Below, piece by piece: positions 39,987-53,566 of a DNA stretch of 64,000 nt (the first letter of the stretch is position 1; each line of letters starts with the position of its first letter). Source of the stretch: Okamejei kenojei (Eukaryota); assembly GCA_035221665.1 (NCBI GenBank), contig CM069133.1:7378001-7442000 (forward strand). The letters run 5' to 3'. Below the pieces are notes generated by a model that saw only the letters and a program-made list of their open reading frames with translations, made no database searches and was not told where the DNA came from. Made by a program: the position numbers and the translations under genes.

Positions 39987-41412
39987 TATCATTATATAAA
40001 TACATACACACATGAATAAATAAACTGATAAAGTGCAAATAACAGATAATGGGTTATTAATGATCAGAGTTTTGTCTCTCTGAGCTGCGAATAACACTGA
40101 AGGGTTTGTCGAGGTAGATCTACTCGACGGTGAGTCCCCTCGATGTGGTTGTGAAGTGTTTGCCAAATTGGCTTGGCTTTTAAAGATTCTTCAGAAAATG
40201 TGTTGGCTGTTTGCAAAGTGTTTGCCAAATTGGCTTGGCTTTTAAAATCGTTGCAACAGTTTTCGGATGGATAAAGCATGAATAAACATTTTATTAGATT
40301 ACGACTGTGTTTAATTGCAAAATTGGCACTCATTCTGTAACTTCTGCTTAGTGGCAAGATGGTGTCGATGGCGTAATTTCTGGTTAGCGGCAAGATGGCG
40401 CTGAGAGCGTAATTTCCGGTTAGTGGCAAAATGGCGCTGACTGCAGAAGGCACAGAGTGAAGACACCATTGAATAATTCAAGAGAGCTGGTGAGTGTGTT
40501 TGTTGGACGATATTTAAAGCACATTTTTGCTTCAGCAGCAGCCTCTACAGGAGGCTTTCAACGTTTGAATCATTCGGTTTACACACTGTATGTTTACCAT
40601 GTTCTGAAGTTACTTGGCATTTTAGTATTGGGTGTGAGTGAGTGAGCCTGTGTGTCTGTGTGTGTGTGGTGGAGCGTGTGTGTATGATCAACAAATAACA
40701 AATAGTACAAATAATATAGTCTTTCATAGTTCAGACCTTATTTGGTGTTTAATAGCCTGATGGCTATCAGGAATAAGCTGTTCCTCAATGTGGATGTTAC
40801 ATTTTTCAGTTTACAAAAGTCGGACGTGACTCCAGAAGTCGGGCACAAGTCAGTCAGTCCACAAGCCGTGATTCAGTCTGTTAGTCCAGAGACCATGAGT
40901 TAGTCCAAAGGCAGTGCGTGAGGCCAGAGGCCATGAGTAGGTCGCTCGCCACCCCCCACACTGACATCCCCCACCTCAAGACGCTGCCCTCCACCTGACT
41001 ATAGGATGCTCCCTGTCCTGAACCTGCCCCCATCCCCCACTGCAGGACATCCCCCTCCCTCATCAATCCATGAGAGCCTCTGCCTAAAGCCATCCCTCTC
41101 CCTCGGCTGCAGGACATTTGCTACCCTCCCCCCCTCACCCCACCCCACCCCACCCCGACAGCCCCCGCCTCAAAGAAATGTTTTGCACAAATTATTCAGT
41201 GAGTCCAGAGGATTGAGAATTACAACAAAACAATGGAATCCTTTAATTTGCCACAACCGAGAAATGGAAGGATGCACCTTGATGATGACAATCCAGATTT
41301 GCTGCAGGAATTGCTGCACGATTGAACTGAACAACAGCAATTTGTTGAGGAGAATGGGCCTCTGCTGAATGCTGAGCAGTGAGCAGTGTATGCAGTCAAT
41401 TTAACAGAAGGT

Positions 41413-41610
41413 GTAGACATTCCCCTTCAGCAGACCCAATTCCCCATTCAATTAAGTTTGGCTATGACGATCCATAAAGCACAAGGACAAACAATGCAGG
41501 TGTTGATCTACCTCGACAAACTGGTATTTCAGCATGGACAACTATATGCGTCTCTAAACCGAGGAAAGATGAAGGGAAATGTCAAAGTTTTTCTGAAGGA
41601 TGGAACATCG
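41413..41610 (+). pseudogene. Helitron Rep-helicase C-terminal remnant (PIF1-family motifs V/VI)
   Basis: QFPIQLSLAMTIHKAQGQT...VFQHGQLYASLNR resembles QFPxxLAFAMTINKSQGQT...VFSHGQLYVALSR. Confidence 0.88.
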
Positions 41611-41764
41611 ACCAAGAATGTTGACCTAATGGGCAGGAATGGGATGCTCTGTGGGAGAGCCACTAAGAGTGTATGGGGGGAGGTTGTGGGGAGATGGGCT
41701 GAATGCGTGGGGGGGGGGGGAGGGGAATGGCAAGGAGTAGAGAGGGAGGCTAAAGGGAGCAGGG

Positions 41765-42200
41765 GTGACTGAGTGAACTGCCAGCGTACCAGGCGTGAGT
41801 GACTGCACTGCCAGCACACCAGCTGTCAGTGACTGCACCACCAGCCGTCAGTGACCGTCAGTGACTGAACCCATGAGCCGTGAGTGACTGCACTGCCAGC
41901 CCACGAGCCGTGACTGCACTGCCAGCCCACCAGCCATGAGTGACTGCACTGCCAACCCACCAGCCATGAGTGACTGCACTGCCAACCCACCAGCCATGAG
42001 TGACTGCACTGCCAGCCCACCAGCCGTGAGTGACTGCGCTGCCAGCCCACCAGCTGTGAGTGACTGCACTGCCAGCCCACCAGCCATGAGTAAGTGAACT
42101 GCCAGCCCACCAGCCGTAAGTGACTGCACTGCCAGCCCACCAGCAGTGAGTAAGTGAACTGCCAGCCCACCAGCCATAAGTGACTGAGCTACCAGCCCAA
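41765..42200 (+). repeat. 30/32-bp minisatellite (~14 copies)
   Basis: Unit GTGAGTGACTGCACTGCCAGCCCACCAGCC. Confidence 0.92.
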
Positions 42201-42469
42201 GAATCCATTCGGCCCACCATGTCCATACTAGCCCTCTGGAAACTAGTCCCTTTGACCCACAACACCCATACTAGCTCAACAGAAAGTGTCCCCCCCCCCC
42301 CCCCCACTGGCCAGCAATATTGGAATTGGTGGAGAGGTGGAATATTGCGTTGGGTGACCAGCCCTCCCATGTGATGCTGGGACCCAACGGGTCCCATTTA
42401 GTCTAGTATGGTCTCTGCGGGACAAAGACAAGTTTAGATAAAACAACAAGTTAGGCAATATATCGTGAG

Positions 42470-44045
42470 CTTGAAGGAAATCCACAGGAAATGGTGTTGG
42501 GTAGACTGATGGGACTAAAGGCTGATAAATCCCTAGGGCCTGATGGTCTTCGTCCCAGGGTACTTAAGGAAGTGGCTTTAGAAATCATGGACGCATTGGT
42601 GCTAATTTTCCAATGTTCTATAGATTCAGGATCAGTTCCTATGGATTGGAGAGTAGCTAATGTTATCCCACTTTTTAAGAAAGGCACGAGAGAGAAAACA
42701 GGGAATTATAGACCAGTTAGCCTGACACCGGTGGTGGGGAAGATGCTGGAATCAATTATAAAATATGAATTAGCAGCTCATTTTAATAATAGTAACAGGA
42801 TTGGTCCGAGTCAGCATGGGTTTATGAAGGGTGAAATCATGCACGACTAAATCTTCTGGAATTTTTTGAGGATGTAACTAAGAAAATGGACAAGGGAGAG
42901 CTAGTGGATGTAGTGTAGCTGGACATTCAGAAAGCATTTGATAAGGTCCCACATAGGAGAATTGGTTGGCAGACAGGAAATAAAGCATAGGGATTAACGG
43001 GTCCCTTTCAGAATGGCAGGCAGTGACTGGTGAGGTACCGCAAGGCTCGGTGCTGGGACTGCAGCTATTTACAATATACATCAATGCTTTTGATGAAGGG
43101 ATTCAAAGTAACATTAGCAAATTTGCAGATGACATAAAGCTGGGTGGCAGTGTGAACTGTGAGGAGGATGCTATGACAATGCAGGGTGACTTGGACAGGT
43201 TGGGGGAGTGGGCAGATGCATGGCAGATGAAGTTTAATGTGGATAAATGTGAGGTTATCCACTTAGGTAGCAAAAACAGGAAGGCAGATTATTATCTAAA
43301 TCGTGTAAAGTTGGGAAAAGTGGAAGTACAACGGGATCTGGGGGTCCTTGTTCATGTCAATGAAAGTAAGCATGCAGGTACAGCAGGCAGTGAAGAAAGC
43401 GAATGGCATGTTGGCATTCATAACAAGATGAGTTGAGTACAAGAGCAAAGAGATCCTTCTGCAGTTGTATAGGGCCCCAGTGAGACCACACCTGGAGTAT
43501 TGTTTGCAGTTTTGGTCCCCTAATTTGTGGAAGAACATTCTTGCTATTGAGGGAGTGCAGTGTAGGTTTACAAGGTTAATTCCCGGGATGGCGGGACTGT
43601 CATATGCTGAGAGAATGGTGCGGCTGGGCTTGTATACTCTGGAGTTTAGAAGGATGAGAGGGGATATCTTATTGAAACATATAAGATTATTAAGGGTTTG
43701 GACACACTGGAGGCAGGAAACATATCCTGATGTTGGGCGAGTCCAGAGCCCAGGGCCAAAGTTTAAGAATAAGGGGTAAGCCATTTAGAACGGAGACGAG
43801 GAAACACTTTTTCTCACAGAGTTGTGAGTCTGAGGAATTCTCTGCCTCAGAGGGCAGTGGAGGCCGGTTCTCTGAATACTTTCAAGGGAGAGCTAGATAG
43901 GGCTCCCACAGATAGCGGAGTCAGGGGATATGTGGGGAAGGCAGGAACGGGGTACTGATTGTGGATGATCAGCCATGATCGCATTGAATGGCGGTGCTAG
44001 CTCGAAGGGCCGAATGGCCTACTCCTGCACCTATTGTCTATTATT
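42470..44045 (+). mobile_element. CR1 3' half
   Basis: KSLGPDGL, NYRPVSLT, PQGSVLG, KFADD; (TATTGTC)n-type tail. Confidence 0.9.
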
Positions 44046-44199
44046 GTCCATTAAATAATCAACATGTTATAAATGGGTAAAATGCATGTCGCCTCTGAAC
44101 GCGGTGAATACAGAAAACAGACTAATATATACACAGGTGCAGATATTTATTGAATATTGGCTGTAACAGAACATTAGGACCGCAATGTTTGTAGCGAAC

Positions 44200-47100
44200 A
44201 TTATGCTGAATTAAACTGACCTCTCTGTCTTGATCCACATCCTTGTACTCTCTGAACTTCCCTGTGCCTACATGGAGCCTCTTAAACACTGCTATCATAT
44301 CCACCCACACCACCATCATATGTTCCAGGTCCGTACCACACTCTGTGTGAAAAAACTTGCCTCTCCCATCTGCATTAAATGTTCCCCCTCCCACATTATA
44401 GCTGTGTCCTCTTGTGTTGGGCATTCCCATCCCGGAAAATGATTCTGATGGTCTGCCCTATCAATGCCTCTCATTATTTTATATCAAGTCTCCCATGAAA
44501 TCGGAAGTGTCAGTGATGCAGCTGAACAAAGGGGACTATGAAGGCTGAAGTAGGAAGGGAAGCTGGCCAGGAATATAAAGAAGGACAGTAAAAGCTTCTT
44601 TAGATATGTTAAGGGAAAAAGAGTAGCAACGTCTAATGTGGGTCCCTTGAAGGCAGACACAGGTGAAATTATTATGGGCAACATGGAAATGGCAGGAGTT
44701 GAATAGGTACTTTGGATTTGTCTTCACTGAGGAAGACACAAACAATCTCCCAGATGTACTGGAGGACAGAGGATCTAAGGGGGTAGAGGAACTGAAATAA
44801 ATTTTCATTAGGCGAGAAATAGTATTAGGTAGGCTAATTGGACTGAAGGATGATAAATCCCCTGGACCTGATGGTCTGCATCCCAGGGTCCTCAGGGAGA
44901 TGGCTCTAGAAATAGTGGACGCATTGGTGATCAATTTCCAATGTTCAATAGATTCAGGATCAGTTCCTGTGGATTGGAGGATAGCTAATGTTATCCCCCT
45001 TTTCAAGAAAGGAGCGAGAGAGAAAACGGGGAATTACAGACCAGTTAGCCTGACCGGTGGTGGGAAAGATGCTGGAGGCAATTATTAAAGAGGTAATAAT
45101 GGGGCATTTGGATAGCAGTAAAAGGATTAGTCCAAGTCAACATGGATTTATGAAAGGGAAATCATGCTTGACTAATCTTCTGGAATTTTTTGAGGATGTG
45201 ACAAGTAAAATGGATAGAAACATAGAAACATAGAAATTAGGTGCAGGAGTAGGCCATTCAGCCCTTCGAGCCTGCACCGCCATTCAATATGATCATGGCT
45301 GATCATCCAACTCAGTATCCCGTACCTGCCTTCTCTCCATACACTCTGATCCCCTTAGCCACAAGGGCCACATCCAACTCACTCTTAAATATAGCCAATG
45401 AACTGGCCTCAACTACCCTCTGTGGCAGAGAGTTCCAGAGACTCACCACTCTCTGTGTGAAAAAAGTCTTTCTCATCTCGGTCTTAAAGGATTTCCCCCT
45501 TATCCTTAAGCTGTGACCCCTTGTCCTGGACTTCCCCAACATCGGGAACAATCTTTCTGCATCTAGCCTGTCCAACCCCTTAAGAAGGGGTGAAGGGGTG
45601 CGAGTGGATATAGTATAACTAGACATTCAGAAAGCATTTGATAAGGTCCCGCACGGGAGACTGGTGACTAAAATTTGAGCACGTGGTATTGGGGGTAGGG
45701 TGTTGACAGGGATAGAAAATTGGTTGGCAGACCAGAAGCAAAGAGTAGGAGTGAACGGGTCCTTTTCAGAATAGCAGGCAGTGGTGAGTGGAGTGCCGCA
45801 AGGCTCGTTGTTGGGGTAGCAACCGTATATATTAATGATTTGGAAGAGGAGCAACACTAGCAAGTTTGTGGATGACACAAAGGGTGGCAGTGTGAACTGT
45901 GAAGAGGATGTTAGGAGGCTGCAGGGTAACCTGGACAGGTTGAGTGAGTAGGCAGATGCATGGCAGATGCAGTATAATATAGATCAATGTGAAGTTATCC
46001 ACTTTGGCAGCAAAAACAAAGGGGTAGATTATTATCTCAATGGAAGTTACGTTAGGTAAGGGGGAGGTACAGCGAGACCTGGGTGTCCTTGTACACCGGT
46101 CACTGAAAGTTGGCTAACAGGTACAGCAGGCAGTGAAGAAAGCTAATCGAATGTTGGCCTTCATCACAAGAGGATTTAAGTATAGGAGTAAAGAGGTTCT
46201 TCTGCAGTTGTGTGGGGCTCTGGTGAGACCACATCTGGAGTACAGTTGTGGTCTCCTAATTGTGTACAGTTTTGGTCTCCTAATTTGAGGAAGGACATCC
46301 TTGTGATTGAGGCAGTGCAGCGTAGGTTCACGAGATTGATCCCTGGGATTGGCAGGACTGTCATATGAGGGAAGATTGAAAAGACTAGGCTTGTATTCAT
46401 TGGAGTTTAGAAGAATGATGGGGGATCTTATAGAAACATATAACATTATAAAAGGACTGGACAAGCTAGATGTAGGAAAAATGTTCCCAAATTTTGGGCG
46501 AGTCCAGAACCAGGGGCCACAGTCTTAGAATAAAGTAGAGGCCATTTGAGACTGAGGTGAGAAAAACCTTTTTCACCCGGAGAGTTGTGAATTTGTGGAA
46601 TTCCCTGCCACAGAGGGCAGTGGAGGCCAAATCACTGGATGGATTTAAGAGAGAGTTAGATAGAGCTCTAGGAATCAAGGAATATGGGGAGAAGTCAGGC
46701 ACGGGTTATTGACAGGGGACGATCAGCCATGATCACAATGAATGGCAGTGCTGGCTCGAAGGGCCAAATGGCCTCCACCTGCACCTATTTTCTATGTTTT
46801 ATGTCACCCATTCCTTCTCTCCAGAGATGCTTCCTGTCCCGCTGAGTTACTCCAGCATACTGTGGATGTGTAGAAACATCCTTTTTTTCTATGTTTCTAA
46901 TGTTCTCCCTACTCTGGATCCATTCCTGTGTACTGGAGGGTAGCCATTGTACCTCTACTTTTTGAGAAAGGAGCGAGAGAGAAAACAGGAAATTATAGAC
47001 CAGTTAGCCTTATATCGGTCGTGGGGAGGATGCATGAGTCAACTATTAATGATGGTATTGCGGCCCATTTGGAAAGCAGTGACAGGATCGGTCAAAGTCC

Positions 47101-49362
47101 GAATGGCTTTATGAAGGGGAAATCATGCTTAACTAATCTTCGGGAATTTTTTGAGGATGTAACCAGAAGAATGGATAAGGGAGAGCCAGTAGATGTGGTG
47201 TATCTGGACTTTCAAAAAGCCTTTGACATGGTCCCACACAAGAGATTGGTGTGCAAAATTAGATCACATGGTATTTGGGGTAGGGTATTGACATGGATGG
47301 CAGACAGGAAGCAAAGAGTAGGTCCTTTTCGGAATGGCAAGCAGTGACTAATGGAGTGCGGCAAGGCTCGGTGCTGGGACCCCAGTTATTTACAATAAAT
47401 ATTAACGATTTAGATGAGGGAATTAAATGTGATGTCTCCAAGATACGTTTACGGATGACACAAAGCTGGGTGGCAGTGTGATCTGCGATGATGATGCTAT
47501 GAGGCTGCAAGGTGACTTAAAATAAGGCAGATGCACGGCAGATGCAGTATAATGTGGATACATGTGAGGCTATCCACTTTGATGGCAACAACAGGAAGGC
47601 AGTTTATTATCCGAATGGTGTTAGATTTGGAAAAGGGGAGGTTGAACGAGACCTGGGTGTGCTTCAGTCAATGAAAGTAAGCATACAGGTACAGCAGGCA
47701 GTGAAGAAATCTAATGGAAAAAATGCTGGAGAAAGCGGGCAAGGCAGCATCTATGGAGCAAAGGATATAGGCAACGTTTTGGGTCGAAACCCTTCTTCAG
47801 ACTGATGTGAGGGGGGGGGGGGGGGGCTGCTGGAAGAAGAAAATCCTAATGGCATGTTGGCCTTCATTGCAAGATGATTTGAGTTTAGGAGTAAGGAGGT
47901 CCTACTGGCAGTTGGTCAGCCCCTGGTGACACCGCACTAGTATAGTGTGCAATCTTGGTCTCCTAATTTGAGGGACATTATTGCTATTAAGGGAGTGCAG
48001 TGGACTATAACATCCATTAATTTCACCAGGTTTATTCCCGGCATGGCGGGACTGAGAGGCTGGATGCAGGAAAAATGTTCCCAATGTTGGGGGAGACCAG
48101 AACCAGGGTCACAGTTTAAGAATAAGGGATAGGCCATTTAGGACTGAGATGACGATAAAATAATTCACCCAGAGAGTTGTGAGTCTGTGGAATTTTCTGC
48201 CACTGAAGGCATCGGAGGCCAATTCACTGGATCTTTTCAAGAGAGAGTTGGATTTAGCTCTCAGGACTAAATGAATCATGGGATATTGGAAAAAGCAGGA
48301 ACAGGATATGTTTCTCACACATGACGTTTCAAGTATCAGGAATGTATAATTTTCTTAAGTGCCGAGAGCGGTACAATTAAAATTCTTGCATGTTTGTATG
48401 TGCGTCTTGATACATACAAACATAGAAAGTTAGAAACATAGACAATAGGTGCAGGAGGAGGCCATTCGGCCCTTCGAGCCAGCACCACCATTCATTGTGA
48501 TCATGGCAGATCGTCCCCAATCAATAACTCGTGCCTGCCTTCTCCCCATATCCCTTGATTCCACTAGTCCCTAGAGCTCTATCTAACTCTCTCTTAAATC
48601 TATCCAGTGATTTGGCCTCCACTGCCCTCTGCAGCAGGGAATTCCACAAATTCACAACTCTCCGGGGGAAAACATTTTTTTTCTCACCTCAGTCCCAAAT
48701 GGCCTCCCCTTTAGTCTAAGACTGTGGCCCCTGGTTCTGTACTCGCCCAAAATTTGGGAACATTTTTCCTACATCTAGCTTGTCCAGTCCTTTTATAATG
48801 TTATATGTTTCTATAAGATTCCCCCTCACCCTTCTAAACTCCAGTGAATACAAGCCTAGTCTTTTCAATCTTTCCTCATATGACAGTCCCGCCATCCCAG
48901 GGATCAATCTCGTGAACCTACGCTGCACTGCCTCATTCACAAGGATGTCCTTCCTCAAATTAGGAGAGCAAAACTGTACACAATACTCCAGATGTGGTCT
49001 CACCAGAGCCCTATACAACTGCAGAAGAACCTCTTTACTCCTATACTGAAATCCTCTTGTTATGAAGGCCAACATTCCATTAGCTTTCTTCACTGCCTGC
49101 TGTACCTGCACGCCAACTTTCAGTGACCGGTGTACAAGGACACCCAGGTCTCTCTGTACCTCCCCCTTACCTAACCTAACCCCATTGAGATAATAATCTG
49201 CCTCCTTGTTTTTGCCGCCAAAGTGAATAACCTCACATTTATCTATATTATACTGCATCTGCCACGCATCTGCCCACTCACTCAACCTGTCCAGGTCCCC
49301 CTGCAACCTCCTAACATCCTCTTCACAGTTCACACTGCCACCCAGCTTTGTGTCATCTGCTT
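44200..49362. mobile_element. Cluster of nested CR1 fragments (minus ~44200-44485; plus ~44500-46802 with minus insert 45217-45585; plus ~46900-48305; minus 48421-49362)
   Basis: Repeated CR1 ORF2 motifs and 3' tails in the ORF track and the sequence. Confidence 0.85.
47772..47800 (-). ncRNA. Degenerate minimal hammerhead-ribozyme motif (Penelope-associated repeat)
   Basis: Reverse strand reads CTGAAGA-A-GGGTTTCGACCC-AAAAC-GTTG; core G12 changed to A. Confidence 0.5.
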
Positions 49363-50607
49363 TGTGATTCCTCCATTGACCTCGTTTGCTCAAACATTCC
49401 TGCAAGTGGAGATTCAAGTGGACAGGAAAATAATATTCTGAAGTGAATCCATAATTTAAAATCCCATCAATTTATTTGAACGAGAAATGAAGAAATAGAC
49501 TCCTTCAGAGAATTCAGTTGATTCGCGCCAACTGGCAATATCCTTAAAACATTTCATCGCCGTTCGAAAACGGTATCTTCATTGCCTTGTTTGTTTTGCT
49601 CTAAAAGTGGCTGGAAATAGAGATGAGCTGATTTAAATAAACGCTGATTTCAACAGCCCCAGACCTAAGTTCGTTTACTGAAGGACAGAAACAGAATCAA
49701 TGTTTCCCGAGAGGCGCAAAACAGATAAAGTGAGAAAGAAATGCAAATCTCCCAACAGATTACTTCAGAGACATTTATTTTAAGGTTGTCAACGTTCCCT
49801 CTTGTAGAAAAAATAAAGTTGAAGTGCATATGGATGATTGTAGTCAATAATATTTCCTACAAAGCTAGGTTAACTAAGAACATGCATCATATCCCTTATT
49901 TTCCAACAATGGATGGGATCAATAGCATTCTCTGCATACATTTTAATGCCACACGTAACAAATTCACAGATGCTTAAAAATACAATTAGTTCAAATTCAA
50001 GTCGTGGAACAATAGTATGTTGGAACGCAGGAACATTTATTTGCCTGTCTGCACCTTAAATGTTTGACATTCCTTGTGCTTTCCTCACAAATCGGTTAAT
50101 TACTGTTTCTATCTATCTCCTCAGATAACACTAGTGGATTCTTCTTCAGGTATCTCTATTAGATATTTCGATTAGACACCATCTGCCCAACCAATGCAGT
50201 CTGGATCATTGAAACACTGTCCAACAAATATGTTAATTGATTGATTGTTTGGAACATGCCTTCATTCAACTTTGCTCTTTGGAATATCAACACTACTGGA
50301 ATCATCCCTAATGCCGATAATTTCTCCAATTACTCAACAGATCTACAATTCCACTCCTGCACCATAACATCCATTAATTTCCTTTGGATCTCTTGATGTG
50401 ATTTTAATATAACTTTGTGGTTGCTTTATTATCATTTCTCCCTACTGCCTTTTATGTAACCAATCTTGAAATTGGAATGGACAGTCCTAATACTATTCGA
50501 TATTGACAACGAATGTGTAGGAAAGAACTGCAGATGCTGGTTTAAATCAAAGGTAGACACAAAATGCTGGAGTAACTCAGCGGGACAGACTGTATCTCTG
50601 GAGAAGT

Positions 50608-50632
50608 CTGAAGAAGGGTCTCGACCAGAAAC
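50608..50632 (+). ncRNA. Disrupted minimal hammerhead-ribozyme motif; its GTC end is displaced to 52782 by a CR1 nest
   Basis: CTGAAGA-A-GGGTCTCGACCA-GAAAC then [CR1s] then GTCACC. Confidence 0.5.
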
Positions 50633-52781
50633 TTCAGAATAAAGGGGAAGTCATTTAAGACTGAGATGAGAAACTTTTTCACCCAGAGTGTTGCGTGGCA
50701 GATGTAGTATAATATAGATAAATGTGAGGTTATCTTCTTTGGTGGCAAAAGCAAAGGGGAAGATTATTATCTCAATGGGGTTAGTTAAGGGGGAGGTGCA
50801 GCGACATCCGGGCATCCTTGTACACTGGTCACTGAAAGTTGGCTTACAGGTACAGCAGGCAGTGAAGAAAGCTAATGGAATGTTGGCCTTCATAACAAGT
50901 GATTTCAGTATAGGAGTAAAGAGGTTCTTCTACAGTTGTATAGGGCTCTGGTGAGACCACATCTGGAGTATTGTGTACAGTTTTGGTCTCCTAATTTGAG
51001 GAAGGACATCCTTGTGATGAGGCAGTGCACCGTAGGTTCACGAGATTGATCCCTGGGATGGCGGGACTGTCATATGAGGAAAGATTGAAAAGACTAGGCT
51101 TGTATTCACTGGAGTTTAGAAGGATGAGGGGGATCTTATAGAAACATATAAAATTATAAAAGGACTGGACAAGCTAGATGTAGGAAAAATGTTCCCAAAT
51201 GTTAGGCGAGTCCAGAACCAGGGGCCACAGTCTTAGAATAAAGAGGAGGCCATTGAGGTGAGAAAAAAACTTTTTCACCCAGAGTTGTGAATTTATGGAA
51301 TTCCCTGCCACAGAGGGCAGTGGACAAAGTCAGCATGGATTTACGAAAGGTAAATCTGACGAATCTTGTGAATTTTTCGAGGATGTAACTAGATGTGGTA
51401 TATCTGGACTTCCAGAAGGCTTTCGACAAGGTCCCACATAAGAGATTAGTATACAAACTTAAAGCATACGGTATTAGGGGTTCAGTATTGATGTGGATAG
51501 AGAACTGGCTGGCAAACAGGAAGCAAAGAGTAGGAGTAAACGGGTCCTTTTCACAATGGCAGGCAGTGACTAGTGGGGTACCGCAGGGCTCAGTGCTGGG
51601 ACCCCAGCTATTTTACCTGGATGAGGGAATTGAAGGCAATATCTCCAAGTTTGCGGATGACACTAAGCTGGGGGCAGTGTTAGCTGTGAGGAGGATGCTA
51701 GGAGACTGCAGGGTGACTTGGATAGGCTGGGTGAGTGGGCAAATGTTTGGCAGATGCAGTATAATGTGGATAAATGTGAGGTTATCCACTTTGGTGGCAA
51801 AAACAGGAAAGCAGACTATTATTTAAATGGTGGCCGATTAGGAAAAGGGGAGATGCAGCGAGACCTGGGTGTCATGGTACACCAGTCATTGAAAGTAGGC
51901 ATGCAGGTGCAGCAGGCAGTGAAAAAAGCGAATGGTATGTTAGCTTTCATAGCAAAAGGATTTGAGTACAGGAGCAGGGAGGTTCTACTTCAGTTGTACA
52001 GGGTCTTGGTGAGACCACACCTGGAGTATTGCGTACAGTTTTGGTCTCCAAATCTGAGGAAGGACATTATTGCCATAGAGGGAGTGCAGAGAAGGTTCAC
52101 CAGACTGATTCCTGGGATGTCAGGACTGTCTTATGAAGAAAGACTGGATAGACTCGGTTTATACTCTCTGGAATTTAGGAGATTGAGAGGGGATCTTATA
52201 GAAACTTACAAAATTCTTAAGGGGTTGGACAGGCTAGATGCAGGAAGATTGTTCCCGATGTTGGGGAAGTCCAGGACAAGGGGTCACAGCTTAAGGATAA
52301 GGGGGAAATCCTTTAAGACCAAGATGAGAAAGACTTTTTTCACACAGAGAGTGGTGAGTCTCTGGAACTCTCTGCCACAGAGGGTAGTTGAGGCCAGTTC
52401 ATTGGCTATATTTAAGAGTGAGTTGGATGTGGCCCTTGTGGCTAAGGGGATCAGAGGGTATGGAGAGAAGGCAGGTACGGGATACTGAGTTGGATGATCA
52501 GCCATGATCATATTGAATGGCGGTGCAGGCTCGAAGGGCTGAATGGCCTACTCCTGCACCTAATTTCTATGTTTCTATGTTTCTATGGAGGCCAAATCAC
52601 TGGATGGATTTAAGAGTTAGATAGTGTGCTAGGCGCTAGTGGAGTCAAGGGAAATGGGGAGAAGGCAGGCACGGGTTATTGATTGGGGACGATCAGCCAT
52701 GATCACAATGAATGGCGGTGCTGGCTCGAAGGGCCGAATGGCCTCCTCCTGCACCTATTTTCTATGTTTCTATGTTTTTAT
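50633..52781 (+). mobile_element. Nested CR1 fragments (younger copy ~51321-52586 inside an older one)
   Basis: ORF 51718-52488 is an intact CR1 ORF2 C-terminus nearly identical to 7820-8590; outer copy resumes at GGAGGCCAAATCACTGG. Confidence 0.88.
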
Positions 52782-53566
52782 GTCACCCATTCATTCTCTC
52801 CAGAGATGCTTCCTGTCCTGTTGAGTTACTCCAGCATTCTGTGTCTATCTTTGAAAACAATGAAAGCCTGTCTGTCTGTCTTCCTCAAATATTGCTCACA
52901 CACTGACATCTCTTTTCATTTTATTTCCCCTTTGTTCAGCCTGAATCTATGGTTTTCATCCTTCAGTTAATGTGGTCAACTGTCAATGCATGGGCCGTGC
53001 TTTGGCATCCTGGCATTTCAAGACCACTGAACAAAGCGGTGCAATGAAAAATAATCTCCCGAACTGATCCCTTGTTGGTCTGTTTCCAATTAGACTGCGC
53101 TGAATCACATGGGAAGGTTTCAACCTCCGTTACCTCACGTAGCTATCTCTGATGAAACATTTATTTTTTCCCAGTGGACTCCATATAGGTCTTGCGACGG
53201 ACGCATGGTCGTTTCTTGAGCCCATGTCATACTCGTCATTACATCGCTGCTGATTTTCCTGTTAGGCTCTTTGGAACACTGGAAGGATATTTTAACGCCA
53301 TAGTGTTTATTTCATTCAGTGGTATTTTAATAAGCGATAAAGATTATAAGGTCTGTCGCATTTTAACATAAATTTGAGGAATTCCAAGCATACTTAACGA
53401 AACAACTGCACCATGGAACCGATCTTTAAACCATCTTATTTACAACTATACCATGAGTTTATATTGTGTACCGGGCGCAAAAGCAAGCAGTTTTATTATA
53501 CTCTTGTGCATCTGTCGCAGTTAATAGATGTGAAAGCGTGAGGCCATCTTGCTGTTGAAGTTGGGA

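Larger units (their letters stand above)
40072..42406 (+). mobile_element. Composite Helitron with helicase remnant and intact 3' terminus (an L2/Rex-like piece lies at ~40690-40810)
   Basis: Hairpin 42378-42396, CTAG at 42403-42406 then T; PIF1-type helicase motifs; 30-bp minisatellite. Confidence 0.82.

Noticed and set aside
41765-42200. Regular 30-48 bp arrays (also 17486-17786, 38045-38302, 39558-39806) as CRISPR-like arrays or repeat-protein genes
   Set aside because: Units are contiguous with no unique spacers, lie inside Helitrons in vertebrate DNA, and give ORFs in several frames on both strands, as minisatellites do
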